From contig CAVRJG010000056.1 in NCBI GenBank assembly GCA_963721455.1, positions 32,001 to 96,000 of the forward strand: DNA of 64,000 nucleotides, given 5' to 3'. A model generated the notes under the pieces. The model was not told where the DNA came from. It was given only the letters and a program-made list of their open reading frames with translations, and searched no databases. The DNA comes from an uncultured Methanosarcinaceae archaeon (GTDB lineage: Archaea; Halobacteriota; Methanosarcinia; Methanosarcinales; Methanosarcinaceae). The position numbers were made by a program, and so were the translations under genes. Shown one piece after another: positions 23,764 through 34,816 of this stretch. The first letter of the stretch is position 1. Every line of letters begins with the position of its first letter.

Positions 23764-25131
23764 ATGACCACTGAAGAGCATATTGATTTTTTCTTCAAGC
23801 CTGAGAGCATAGCCCTGATAGGAGCCTCGCCAAATCCCGAAAAGCTTTCCTGCACAATTCTGGAAAGCCTCCTGAAGATGAGGTTTCAGGGAAGGATATA
23901 TCCCGTAAATCCGGGCTACCGGGAGATTAAAGGGCTTAGATGTTACTCGGCTCCCGGAGAGATTAAGGACACAATTGATATTGCGATTTTTGCAGTCCCG
24001 GCATCTTCGGTTCTTGAAATCCTTAAAGGCCCTGTGGAAAATATAAAAGGAGCGGTAATTGTCAGTTCCGGTTTTCGGGAAATGGGGCCTGAAGGAAAGG
24101 AAATGGAAGTTCGCCTGAAAGAAATCTTAAAGGAGAAAGGTATCCGGGCTATGGGGCCTAATTGCCTGGGGATCTATGACACGATCTCAAAAGTGGACAC
24201 CTTTTTTATAGGCCAGGATAAGGTAGAAAGGCCTGGAAGAGGCGGAGTTTCCGTGCTTACCCAGAGCGGGTCCTTTGCGGCTATGATTATGGACGAGATG
24301 GCAAACGAGGGAGCAGGGGTTGCAAGGGTTATAAGCTATGGAAATAAAGTGGATGTGGACGAAAGCGATTGCCTCGAGTTCCTGACAGGAGATGAAGCCA
24401 CAAAAGCAGTTGCGATCTACATCGAATCTGTGGAAAATGGGCGCAGGTTCCTTGAAGCTGCTTCCGGCTGTGTGAAAAAGAAACCTGTGGTAGCTCTCAA
24501 AGTTGGAAAGCGGGAGCCGGGAGCAAGAGCAGCAAGTTCCCATACAGGCGCTGTTAGCGGGAGATATGAGGCTTATGAAGCCGCTTTCCGAAAAGCAGGC
24601 GTAATAGAAGTTACAAATTATGAAGAATTGAAAGATGCCTGCAAAGTCCTGAACAGGTATCCGCTGGTTAAAGGAAAAAGAGTCCTCATTATAACTGACG
24701 GAGGAGGCATAGGGATTTCAGTTGCCGATGCCTGTGAAGAGGCCGGACTAAAGGTATCCGAAATTTCCAGCGAGGCTGTGAGGAGGCTGAAAGAGAAACT
24801 TCCGGCTTTTGCTTCCGTAAGAAATCCTGTAGACCTGACAGGCAGTGTAAGGGACGAGCACTATGTTGCTGCCCTGCAGGAGGCTTTTGGGGAGGAATAC
24901 GATCTTGCAATAGTGAGCCTGCTCTGGGGTCCGCCTCTTCTTACCAGAGCAGTTGCGGAGAAAATCAGAGACTTTGCTGACAGTTGCGGAAAGCCGATCC
25001 TCATATGTTCTCCAGGCGGAAAATTCACAAGGGAAATGGCTGCATCATTCACGGCAGTAGGGATTCCGGTCTTTTTTACTCCGGACAGCGCAGTCAGGGC
25101 TGCAGCGGTGCTGTGCGGAGGAAAGAGATAA
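23764..25131 (+). CDS. CoA-binding protein, ADP-forming acyl-CoA synthetase alpha-subunit-like
   Basis: IALIGAS, GPNCLG, QSGS, GNKVDV, phospho-His motif SSHTGA, NPVDLTG. Confidence 0.9.
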   Translation: MTTEEHIDFFFKPESIALIGASPNPEKLSCTILESLLKMRFQGRIYPVNPGYREIKGLRCYSAPGEIKDTIDIAIFAVPASSVLEILKGPVENIKGAVIVSSGFREMGPEGKEMEVRLKEILKEKGIRAMGPNCLGIYDTISKVDTFFIGQDKVERPGRGGVSVLTQSGSFAAMIMDEMANEGAGVARVISYGNKVDVDESDCLEFLTGDEATKAVAIYIESVENGRRFLEAASGCVKKKPVVALKVGKREPGARAASSHTGAVSGRYEAYEAAFRKAGVIEVTNYEELKDACKVLNRYPLVKGKRVLIITDGGGIGISVADACEEAGLKVSEISSEAVRRLKEKLPAFASVRNPVDLTGSVRDEHYVAALQEAFGEEYDLAIVSLLWGPPLLTRAVAEKIRDFADSCGKPILICSPGGKFTREMAASFTAVGIPVFFTPDSAVRAAAVLCGGKR

Positions 25132-25484
25132 TTTGAGAAATCTGTGTGAACTACAAAAGAACTTCAAATAAGCAGACTTAAAAATAAATTTAAAATCAAA
25201 TTCGGATTGAGACCTGTAGAAATTATGTAAGTACATGGAAACCTTTTTTTATAAAATTTGGGATATTTATCGTAAGAATCTGTAATCAGTAGATGAATTT
25301 CTGAAGGCAGGTCAGGACTTATTTTAAGAACAAATATTTCAATAAGTAGATAAAATCAGGTGATATTTGTAATACCAAACATATTTTTCTATATAAGCTT
25401 CAAAGAGATGTAATCATTATTCACTTGCGCCTTGATTGCTGATTTCTTCCGGGAAATGGAGGGAAAAGGGAAGGGGGATTCGGT

Positions 25485-26267
25485 ATGGAAACAGCATTTA
25501 ATAAATCAAAGTTTTCCTGGGCAAAATATTTTTCGAACAAAAAAACGGGAGGACACAGGCATTCTACAGAAGAATTCCTTTTTAAAGAGGCTAGGGAAAA
25601 ACTGTATCATTTAAGTGGGGGCAAATCCCTTCTCGATTTTGGATGCGGTGCCGGAGAACTTCTAATATACTACGTGCCAAATTATGAGAGGGTAGTGGGG
25701 GCTGATTTTTCAAGTTCCATGCTTTTTGAAGCGGAAAAGAAAATGTGGCAGCAGAACTACAAAAATGTAAATTTAATCCTTGCCGATGACGAAACAATCT
25801 GGGATAAGTTGAATTTATCATTTGACCGGATTACTGCAACAGAAGTGGTCCAGTACCTGACGCCTGAGCAGGTAGATGCTTTTATCCGGCATGCATCCGA
25901 CCATCTCAATGAGGACGGAAAAATAGTCTTTTTTGATATAATTGACCCAAGGCTGTATTCTTTATGGAAAATCGGATGGTTTTCACAGAATTTTAGATTA
26001 TGGAAGACTTTGCCGAAGGTTGGTCTGGGATGCTTTAAGCAAGTATCGGCCATTTTGAAAAATCTTCCAAGGGATATAATTGGAGATGCTCACAGTCCCT
26101 ACCTGATTGAAAAAATTGCCAATAAGCATGGCTTCAAAATGGAATATGTAAAGTCTATGTACTATGAGTACAGGTATCATGCAATATTATCGAAGGATAT
26201 TATGAAACCTTTCAGGGCATGTGAGGCTTTAGGAGAGGATCCAATGCCCTCATACCTTACAACCTGA
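25485..26267 (+). CDS. Class I SAM-dependent methyltransferase
   Basis: LLDFGCGAG, GADFSSSML, FDRI...VVQY. Confidence 0.88.
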   Translation: METAFNKSKFSWAKYFSNKKTGGHRHSTEEFLFKEAREKLYHLSGGKSLLDFGCGAGELLIYYVPNYERVVGADFSSSMLFEAEKKMWQQNYKNVNLILADDETIWDKLNLSFDRITATEVVQYLTPEQVDAFIRHASDHLNEDGKIVFFDIIDPRLYSLWKIGWFSQNFRLWKTLPKVGLGCFKQVSAILKNLPRDIIGDAHSPYLIEKIANKHGFKMEYVKSMYYEYRYHAILSKDIMKPFRACEALGEDPMPSYLTT

Positions 26268-26694
26268 CTGTGAAACTTACTATAAATGTAATTATAAATT
26301 CCTTCCTGTACTTCCCCGCAGCTTTTGTTTTTGTGTATCCGGTCCAACCCATTACTCATGCACTTCTCCTGAACATATGGGGTTGAGTATCCTCATTGAC
26401 TGAAGCTTATCTGCACTTCACCCATTAATTTTTTAGATATATACAAAAATTATAAATAGAATCCAACATATTTCGTTAGAAATCGAACAATTTGTAATCA
26501 AACAAATAACTGGTTAAAACACTCACAATAAACATTTTGCGCTGACCTTCACATCTTATTTACAGAAATTTCCAGAAGTACAATATCCGTAAATTTGCAG
26601 GTTTTCGAGTCCCTGAGTATTTGAAAACCGGAAAAGAAGATTGGAATGAATTCATAGAGATCAGACAGCCTGCGGGAACTTTAGAGGTAATGAA

Positions 26695-27615
26695 ATGCAA
26701 TCAAATACGGCAGAGGCACTAATAAAATCATTAAATTCCACTGATCAGGAAGGTTCTTTTGACGCTATTGGGCCTGCTGAGACTTCCAGTGCCCCCGGAG
26801 ACAATTCCGGCATAAATAGTGATATGGACACAGGAGACTGCACAGAGGCTTTTGAAGCTAATAATCATACTGATACTCGTAACGTTGCTGCCAGGTCAGG
26901 GCGCAGTCCTCTCATCAAATTGACAAATCTCTGGAAAATCTACCTGATGGGAGAAATTGAGTTTGCAGCTCTCAAGAGAGTCGACCTCGAAATCTATGAA
27001 GGGGAATTTGTAGTGGTTCTCGGCCCAAGCGGAAGTGGAAAAAGTACGCTTATGAACCTGTTAGGCTGCCTTGACCTTCCCTCGGAGGGAACAGTCTTTC
27101 TGAACTCAAGGGATATTTCCAAACTTGAAGAATCCGAACTGGCCCGTATCCGGGGACAGATGATAGGATTTATTTTCCAGAGTTTTAACCTCATTCCCAC
27201 TCTGAACACACTGGAAAACGTTCTGTTGCCCCTGGAATTTCAGGAAGAAGATCCGGTAAGAGCAAGAAAAAGAGGAGAATACCTGCTAGAAGTTGTAGGG
27301 CTTTCGGATAAGAAACGCAACCTGCCGTCTCAGCTTTCAGGGGGACAGAGGCAGAGAGTTGCAATTGCTCGTTCTCTTGCCGTTAACCCACCTATTATCC
27401 TTGCAGACGAACCCACAGGGAACCTGGATACCAAAACTGGAGATTATATCCTGGGATTTCTGGCTAAGTTACATGAAAAGGAAGGAAAGACAATCATTAT
27501 TGTAACCCATGACCTTGACATTGTAAAGTATGCAACAAGGGTCGTGTACATCAGAGATGGTGAAATCGAAAAAATTGAAAAACATAAGAAAAACGAACCG
27601 GTGGAACAGAAATGA
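26695..27615 (+). CDS. ABC exporter ATP-binding protein (LolD/MacB type) with acidic N-terminal extension
   Basis: [31 protein letters not shown]. Confidence 0.95.
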   Translation: MQSNTAEALIKSLNSTDQEGSFDAIGPAETSSAPGDNSGINSDMDTGDCTEAFEANNHTDTRNVAARSGRSPLIKLTNLWKIYLMGEIEFAALKRVDLEIYEGEFVVVLGPSGSGKSTLMNLLGCLDLPSEGTVFLNSRDISKLEESELARIRGQMIGFIFQSFNLIPTLNTLENVLLPLEFQEEDPVRARKRGEYLLEVVGLSDKKRNLPSQLSGGQRQRVAIARSLAVNPPIILADEPTGNLDTKTGDYILGFLAKLHEKEGKTIIIVTHDLDIVKYATRVVYIRDGEIEKIEKHKKNEPVEQK

Positions 27616-28997
27616 AAACGTTTTCTTTGCTAACGCTCTTACTGCTGCTTACAGCATTCATATCCCTCGGAGCCGGAACAGCACTTGGCTCAAACGGAAT
27701 GATAGACTCCTCATCCATGCAGGTAAATCTAACGAACCAGAATCCCGATGCTGCTCGTCCTGGAGAACCTGTTGAACTCACTGTCAGTGTGCAAAATGTA
27801 GGAAGCAATAACCTGAAAGATATTGCTGTCACAGTTAATCCGGAATATCCTTTCAGTAAGGTTTCCGGAGAAACTCTTGAAAAGGAGGTCTCCTATCTGA
27901 ATGCACGGCAGGATGATAACGATGCAGCTGTCCTTAAGTTCAAGCTCATGACAGACTCCAACGCTTCCGAAGGCACTTATGATATCGACATCACCACCAT
28001 TGCCAAAAAAGATGGATCCTCATCAAACACGATTACTACTACAAAAACCATCCAGCTAGAGGTAAGGGGTAAAGAGTACGCTCAGATCGTGACCATAAAC
28101 AAGGCGAATATTGACATAGCAAGGGAAGAGCCTCTCGAGTTCATTATAACGAATACAGGAAACTCCCCTCTGAAAAATATGGTCGTCTCCTGGAAAGATC
28201 CCAAAGGTGTTATCCTCCCGGTCTACTCGGACAATACAAAGTACATTAAGTACCTGGAAACAGGTCAATCCGTGACAGTTGCTTACTTGGTCATGGCAGA
28301 TGTAAACGCCAATCCCGGGCTCTACACTCTGGATATAAACCTTAGCTTTGAAGACTATGAATCCAATACAAAAAATATCCAGACCACAGCAGGACTTTTC
28401 GTAGGCGGGGAAACCGACTTTGATGTTTCCTTTTCGGAAAACGATGCGGGAGAGATTTCCCTTTCAGTTGCAAACGTGGGCAATAACATGGCATATTCGG
28501 TGAAAGTATCGGTTCCGGATCAGGACGGTTACAGGGTATCAGGAAGTTCCTCCTCTATCGTGGGAAACCTTGAGAAAGGAGACTACACAATCGCTTCATT
28601 TAATGTTGCGAGCACACAGGCTGCAGGAGGAAGTGAAGGAGGGAGTCCCGGAGCACCACCGGATAGTGCAAAAGCCAGTGATACAGGAGACAATGAAACG
28701 TCTGCTTCAACGGATTCCAATCCACTAAAAGTCCAGATTGAGTATACGGATGCAAAGGGAGAAAGAATAACAGTCAACAAGGAAGTAAAACTCGAAATGA
28801 CTTCCGGAAATATGACTGCGCAGGGAGCAGGAGAGCCAGGCAGTCGCAGCGGATTCGGTTCATACGTGCTCTATATTGCGATAATAGCACTTGCAGGAGC
28901 AGGAGTATTTGTATACCGCAAGAAAAAACAGGGAGAGAAAAAAGCCGGATACAAAGCATCTGAAAATGATGCAAGTTCAGGAGTACTCAAGCACTGA
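27612..28997 (+). CDS. COG1361 S-layer-domain/Ig-like membrane-anchored accessory protein
   Basis: Signal peptide, NQNPDAARPGEPVEL..VQNVG, C-terminal TM plus RKKK; position between ABC ATPase and permease. Confidence 0.8.
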   Translation: MKTFSLLTLLLLLTAFISLGAGTALGSNGMIDSSSMQVNLTNQNPDAARPGEPVELTVSVQNVGSNNLKDIAVTVNPEYPFSKVSGETLEKEVSYLNARQDDNDAAVLKFKLMTDSNASEGTYDIDITTIAKKDGSSSNTITTTKTIQLEVRGKEYAQIVTINKANIDIAREEPLEFIITNTGNSPLKNMVVSWKDPKGVILPVYSDNTKYIKYLETGQSVTVAYLVMADVNANPGLYTLDINLSFEDYESNTKNIQTTAGLFVGGETDFDVSFSENDAGEISLSVANVGNNMAYSVKVSVPDQDGYRVSGSSSSIVGNLEKGDYTIASFNVASTQAAGGSEGGSPGAPPDSAKASDTGDNETSASTDSNPLKVQIEYTDAKGERITVNKEVKLEMTSGNMTAQGAGEPGSRSGFGSYVLYIAIIALAGAGVFVYRKKKQGEKKAGYKASENDASSGVLKH

Positions 28998-29025
28998 AAA
29001 AAAGCAAAAACTGGAGGGATGCTCA

Positions 29026-30276
29026 ATTAGAAACGCAACTTACCTGAAAATGGCCCTGAACATGCTCCTGCACAGCAAACTCCGGAGCTGGCTAACTATT
29101 ATCGGGATAGTTATAGGGGTTGGAGCAGTTGTAGGGATTATTTCTCTGGGGGATGCTATGGAGGCAAGCGTACAGAGCAGCCTTGCCAACATGGACCTGA
29201 CAAGCATCACCATAACGCCGGGATATTCAAAAGCTCAGTCGCATATGCCCGGTCACGGGGATAACGGATGGGGAGGAGGAGGTACTGCGACTGACGCCCA
29301 ACTGACAGATCACGATATCGATGCTCTTCAGGGTATAAAAGGCATAACGTACGTTACAGGTGAGATTTCCGGCAGAGAGGAAATTAGCTACACCGGAGAA
29401 AACGCAACCCTTTCTATCACTGGAGTGGACCCCCAGGTCTGGCAATACATGAACTCTCTTGAGGTAGAATCCGGAAGGCTTCTGGAACCGGCAGACAAGT
29501 ATGTTGCGGTTATCGGAAGCGGTGTTGCCAGGGGAATTTATAAAAAAGACATTGGAGTTAACCAGCTTATAACGATCAACGGTAAGTCTGTGAGAGTTGT
29601 CGGAATCCTGAAAGAAGAAGGTGGAAGTGGGGACAATCAGATATACATGCCGATAGAAGCTGCAGTGAACCTGATTACAGATGCGAAAAAAGACGTCTTT
29701 GATTCCATCAACGTAAAAGCTCAGAGTGTAGATATAGTAGACACGGTGGTTACGACGATTGAAAAAAAGCTCATGATTTCCAGACACATCTCCAATGAGG
29801 ATGACAGAGACTTTTCCGTAACCGCCTTAAAGTCCATGGCTCAGTCAGTTACCAGTATGATTTCCTCGATGACTCTCTTTTTGGGAGCCATTGCTGCTGT
29901 ATCGCTTGTTGTAGGAGCTGTGGGAATTGCAAATACGATGTTTACTTCTGTCCTTGAAAAGACAAGGGAAATCGGAACTATGAAAGCCATAGGGGCGAAA
30001 AATCGAGATATCCTTATGATTTTCATCTTTAACTCCGCAATGGTAGGTCTTGTTGGAGGTATCCTTGGAGTTACACTGGGAGCGCTTGTTTCAGCTATCT
30101 TCCCGATGATTGGCGTGACCATGACAAGACCAGAAAGCGGGGTAAGCCTGCCTCTTTCCCCTGGTCTGATGATTTTTGGACTGATTCTCGCTGTCCTTAT
30201 CGGTGTAATCTCAGGAGCAGTGCCCGCATACAGGGCTTCAAAAATGAAACCTGTAGACGCACTGCGATACGAATAA
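29026..30276 (+). CDS. ABC exporter permease (MacB/FtsX)
   Basis: KLRSWLTIIGIVIG, GIANTMFTSVLEKTREIGTMKAIGA, PAYRASKMKPVDALRYE. Start is ATT 29026 or ATG 29050. Confidence 0.95.
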   Translation: MRNATYLKMALNMLLHSKLRSWLTIIGIVIGVGAVVGIISLGDAMEASVQSSLANMDLTSITITPGYSKAQSHMPGHGDNGWGGGGTATDAQLTDHDIDALQGIKGITYVTGEISGREEISYTGENATLSITGVDPQVWQYMNSLEVESGRLLEPADKYVAVIGSGVARGIYKKDIGVNQLITINGKSVRVVGILKEEGGSGDNQIYMPIEAAVNLITDAKKDVFDSINVKAQSVDIVDTVVTTIEKKLMISRHISNEDDRDFSVTALKSMAQSVTSMISSMTLFLGAIAAVSLVVGAVGIANTMFTSVLEKTREIGTMKAIGAKNRDILMIFIFNSAMVGLVGGILGVTLGALVSAIFPMIGVTMTRPESGVSLPLSPGLMIFGLILAVLIGVISGAVPAYRASKMKPVDALRYE

Positions 30277-30420
30277 CTGGAAACCCGGACTGCTTAGAGG
30301 TATGAAGAATCGTGGATGATGCTTAAAGAAGAGTTCGGGCTTAGAAAAGGGAAGTTGAAAAAACTGAAAGTTGAAAAGGGAAGCTTTTAGAAAAACGAAT
30401 AATTAAGGAAGATGCAATAA

Positions 30421-31857
30421 ATGAAAAGTAATCAAGGTAAAAGTGAAATTTCTGCCGGGCATGCAGGGGAAATGGAGACAATTGGTGTAAAAACACTGTT
30501 GGGGGACCCAAAAAAAGCTATAGTGAAACTTTCAATTCCTATGGTTATTGCGATGTCAGTACAGACACTCTACAGTCTGGTTGATACTTACTGGGTTTCC
30601 GGGCTTGGAGCAGATGCCCTTGCAGCAATGGGTTTTGTATTCCCATTTTTCTTCATCAGCATGGCTTTATCCAATGGATTGGGTATAGGCGGGGGAGCTG
30701 CAATCTCCCGAATGATAGGAGCCAGGAATAAAGCAGGTGCAGATAATGTAGCAGTACATACGATAATTATAATGACTCTGCTCTCGATTCTATTTACAAT
30801 TCCTTTTTATATCTTTGCACCTCAAATCTTTACCCTTGTAGGAGCCGGAAAAACTACAGGTCTTGCAGTTGCATATGCCAGAGTTATTTTCCTTGGAAGC
30901 ATTGCAATATTTTTTTCCAACATAGCTAATGCAATTCTTCGAAGCGAGGGAGATTCAAAGCGAGCTATGAAAGCTATGATTATAGGCGGAGTCCTGAACA
31001 TTGTCCTTGATCCTATCTTCATCTACACTCTGAATATGGGAATCGCAGGTGCAGCCTGGGCGACGGTGCTTTCCATCGCAATATCTTCTCTTATGATGGC
31101 TAACTGGCTTTTCTTCAGAAAAGATACTTATGTGAACTTCAATTTTAAGGATTTCCATTTTGAAAGGAAGATTGTAAAAGACATCTTTGATGTTGCAGTT
31201 CCAGCTTCGGCCCAGCAACTTTCCATGTCTCTGTCAATGGTATTCTTGAACTTCATTATTGTGCTTGTAAGTAACACTGATGGAGTTGCAGTATATTCTA
31301 CAGGATGGAGAATAGCGACAATTGCAATGGCTCCTTTAATAGGAATATCAACTGCTGTAATTTCAGTAACCGGAGCTGCGATGGGGGCGCGTGAGTATAT
31401 AAAAGCAAAAGTTGTTCTTTCCTACTCAACAAGACTTGGATTTCTTATAGAGTGTGCAGCCGGAGCTTTTATATTTATCTTTGCCACGCCAATAGCTTCC
31501 ATATTTACACAATCTGAAGGGGGAGCCCATATAACAGCTGACCTTTCCCACTTCCTGAGAGTTATGTGCCTGTTCTACCCAACCGCTGCACTTGGTTTTT
31601 TCTCCTCTTCTTTTTTCCAGGGAGCGGGCAGGGGAATGAGTGCTTTGATTGCAACCCTCCTGAGAACTATTGTTTTTACTCCCATCTTTGCAGCACTTTT
31701 AGCTTTCACCTTTAATATGGGGCAGGAAGGAGCCTGGTGGGGAATGGTTATAGGCAACGGAATAGGCTCTCTGTTAATGTATGTCTGGGCATTGTATTTC
31801 CTGAGAACACTTTTAAGAACAAAACATGTTGCGAGGGTTGAGGGAGCTTCAGCCTGA
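30421..31857 (+). CDS. MATE family efflux transporter
   Basis: Multi-TM; LVDTYWVSGLG, LRSEGDSK, NIVLDPIFI. Confidence 0.94.
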   Translation: MKSNQGKSEISAGHAGEMETIGVKTLLGDPKKAIVKLSIPMVIAMSVQTLYSLVDTYWVSGLGADALAAMGFVFPFFFISMALSNGLGIGGGAAISRMIGARNKAGADNVAVHTIIIMTLLSILFTIPFYIFAPQIFTLVGAGKTTGLAVAYARVIFLGSIAIFFSNIANAILRSEGDSKRAMKAMIIGGVLNIVLDPIFIYTLNMGIAGAAWATVLSIAISSLMMANWLFFRKDTYVNFNFKDFHFERKIVKDIFDVAVPASAQQLSMSLSMVFLNFIIVLVSNTDGVAVYSTGWRIATIAMAPLIGISTAVISVTGAAMGAREYIKAKVVLSYSTRLGFLIECAAGAFIFIFATPIASIFTQSEGGAHITADLSHFLRVMCLFYPTAALGFFSSSFFQGAGRGMSALIATLLRTIVFTPIFAALLAFTFNMGQEGAWWGMVIGNGIGSLLMYVWALYFLRTLLRTKHVARVEGASA

Positions 31858-31982
31858 AAAGGGCTGGCTCTTTCTCTACTTTCACTTACAACTATGTATC
31901 TTATTTTAAATTTATTAGGAGCCAGTAAGATATTGAATATATTTTTCAGAGTCTTTTCTCTTCCAGGCTCTTATTTATCATA

Positions 31983-33242
31983 TTAATTATTTTTTATCCA
32001 GTTGTTTATAAGTGCCCATAAATCGGGAGAATTATGATCAAGGGCTATGCTACCATGACCCTGATTATTCCAGTTTATGGAAGTAACCTTATCATTTAGT
32101 TTTCCGACCCCGTTTTTGTACCACCATGAACCATAGTCACTAAAACCTCCTCCGAGTCCGATATAAAGGACAGGAGAATCTATTCTTGAATAATCAATCT
32201 CATAACCGTCCACGTTCCCCATCAGACCGGCCATATACAGATCCAGATGCTTCGGTGCATAAGGGACAGCACCCCCGGTTAAAGTCAAATTGAGAAGCCT
32301 ATCTTCGTCAACATAATAAAGACCACCTAGATCTCCACTCCAATAGTGATAATTCGGAGTATAGGGATATGCATTAAATGTATGAGTCTGGGTAGCCATA
32401 AGCCGGAAAAATTGCCTGTTTGTAAGGCCGGGCTGAAAAGAAGATTCCCCGTCAGGATCTGTTAAAGCCAGATTTGCTATCTGCATCATGACGGCCATAT
32501 TACTACCATTATATGTCCTATTTTCCATACATTTGGAAATAATGTTAAATTCCTGGGCCTGGGCCTGTATTAACTCTGAATATTTAGGATCATACTTAAC
32601 AATTATATCAATAGATACTATCCTGTCGACAGTACCTAGAGACAAATCGTCGTATTCACTTGCCTCATAAGCAGTAAGGATCAACGCCCCATGGCTGTGG
32701 CCAATTGCAGTAACCTCTATATTATCTACAGGCTTACTGCTTAAGAGAGCTGTATGAATTCTTGATACAGCGATACCGTCGTATGTATCGCTCAGATATT
32801 TGTCAATGGTCCAGTTTTCCATATAACTGAAATCAGTCTCATTTGCTGGGATGTTTGTTTCCCTTCTATCCAGAATATATGTACTGTATCCTTGCTGAGC
32901 ATAGTATATCGCCATATCGGAATAGAAACTTCCAGTCAACGCCTGACCGGGTAAAATTATTAAATTTTTATTTTCTTCCGTGTTCCAGGCGCTTTTTTCC
33001 TTCACATAGTTGGTAAGTATGATGTAATCATATTCCCCGGGCCCAACACTTACCTTAAGTTTATATTCCGCCACATCGCCGCGGACAAGGCCTATTCTAT
33101 TGCTTTCTGTTAAGAGGCACAGCTTTGATATTCTAAATGAAGTCGGTTTACATGAAAAAATACCCGCTTTGTCTATTTTTTTATGAAGAGTTTCCATTTG
33201 TTTCTCAGGATTGGCAGCTATTAATGCTATTTGCATCTTCAT
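31983..33242 (-). CDS. Alpha/beta-hydrolase fold protein
   Basis: ILPG oxyanion region, nucleophile elbow GHSHG, C-terminal QGHG His. Confidence 0.7.
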   Translation of the reverse strand: MKMQIALIAANPEKQMETLHKKIDKAGIFSCKPTSFRISKLCLLTESNRIGLVRGDVAEYKLKVSVGPGEYDYIILTNYVKEKSAWNTEENKNLIILPGQALTGSFYSDMAIYYAQQGYSTYILDRRETNIPANETDFSYMENWTIDKYLSDTYDGIAVSRIHTALLSSKPVDNIEVTAIGHSHGALILTAYEASEYDDLSLGTVDRIVSIDIIVKYDPKYSELIQAQAQEFNIISKCMENRTYNGSNMAVMMQIANLALTDPDGESSFQPGLTNRQFFRLMATQTHTFNAYPYTPNYHYWSGDLGGLYYVDEDRLLNLTLTGGAVPYAPKHLDLYMAGLMGNVDGYEIDYSRIDSPVLYIGLGGGFSDYGSWWYKNGVGKLNDKVTSINWNNQGHGSIALDHNSPDLWALINNWIKNN

Positions 33243-33700
33243 TTTCTCACCTTTGTGAGGCTCTCAAATTAGGTTTTAGACTTGGAGATCCGTAATTTTT
33301 TGAAGCAAGACTGGCTAATTTCCCGTTTTGACATCAAATGGTGGTAGCGTAAGATAGCAAAAAATAAGCCATAAGGCTAAAAGCCGAAGCCTGGACAGGT
33401 GATTACATAAAGGTCGTTTATCCCTGGGAATCTCTTTATAAAGATCGGATAAAAATTATTCAGCTTCTCTATCTGCACTTCTCTGTCTTGAAAACATTAC
33501 CTGTTATTAGCATATAATTTTATACAGATAAAAATTGTGATTTGAAATTTCACCTATATTTTATTAAAATGATAGTAGCTCTGGCATGGAGTACCATCCA
33601 TATAAGTACGGGAGAAAGAAAAGGAAAAGTCAGGAGTCTCAGGGTCTGATGATTATTTAATATTATCTTCGGAAAAATTCCAATTAAAAATTAGCGCCCG

Positions 33701-33830
33701 GAATTACTCCTTTTGGAATTGATTTTATTAAATAAGTCTCACAAGCAAAGGTACAAAAAAGTACTTATTTGCACAGGAAATCACACTTTTCATTTAAAAT
33801 TATTGTGATATGTAAGTAGAATCCACAGAA
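33701..33830 (+). repeat. Degenerate non-coding direct repeat, copy 1
   Basis: ATTTTATTAAATAAGTCTCACAAGCAAAGGTACAAAAAAGT aligns with 35953-35996. Confidence 0.65.
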
Positions 33831-34002
33831 TTTTACCAAAAACGGCCGAAAGTGAATTAAACCAAAATGTTCAATACCAGTTGGAAAGTATTGATCTAAA
33901 GCAAATCGTACCTGGAAAAAATAAATATTAAAGTTTTGAAAAAATATTTTTCAAAAAACTATTGTACAGGTAATTAAATACCCCTAGAAGGAGGTATATA
34001 AG

Positions 34003-34816
34003 TTGAAAAAATGTTTACCCATAGTATTGATGTCAATCTTTATTTTTGGGACTGTTTTCTCAAGTGCTGTTGTAGGTGCAGTAGAAAACCCATTAGTAAA
34101 TGAAACGGCATCAAAGATTTTAAAGACAAATGAATCTGCTAATCAATCTGTCAATAAATCCGTCAATCAATCAGTTAATCAATCAGTTAATCAATCAGTT
34201 AATCAATCCGTCAATAAACCCGCCAATAAACCCGCCAATGTAACCAAAGCTGCAGAAGGAATACCTGTCGCTGAACAAAAGTTCAGGGTAGGTCCGACCG
34301 TAGTCCTGCGGCCGGCTAATGATGTAATAACCGAAAAACGAAAACGGCCTTGTTGAACTTTATATCGATAATCCATCGCTCAATGAGGTAACCCTGAACG
34401 TGGATGCAAGGATCAGCGTTCCCGCTGGAATTTCCGTATCCGGACAGGGCTTTGCCCAGGCAGGTGCAGCAGGTACGGTATACGGTACATTCTCCGTACC
34501 GCCCGGAAGCGTCCGAACGATCTACATTGATATTAAGGGAGATAAAGTAGGTAGTCATACGGTGCACTTCAGCGGCCTGTACTGGCCTGGAGATAACAAG
34601 GATAATTACAACCCGATTTCACTTACCCACCCCTTTGTAGTCGAAGAGCCTTCCAAAAAAGTCGAACAGCCTTCCAAAAATTCTGACGAAGCCCCCAATT
34701 CTGATGAGGATGGAGGAGTAAAAGCCGAGGGGCAGGGCTCATTCAGCGCTCCCGGATTTGGTGTATTAATCGCAGCTATAGGATTATTAGGAGTTTATGC
34801 TGCTAAGAGAAAGTAA
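34003..34816 (+). pseudogene. PGF-CTERM cell-surface glycoprotein interrupted by a +1 frameshift (A5 at 34334-34338)
   Basis: Removing one A joins DVITE-NENGLVELYIDNPSLNEVTLNVDARISV; signal peptide at start; ends APGF-TM-KRK. Confidence 0.8.
34129..34240 (+). repeat. Coding 12-bp tandem repeat (AATCAATCAGTT-like) encoding NxSV/NKPA units
   Basis: NESA NQSV NKSV NQSV NQSV NQSV NQSV NKPA NKPA NVT. Confidence 0.9.
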
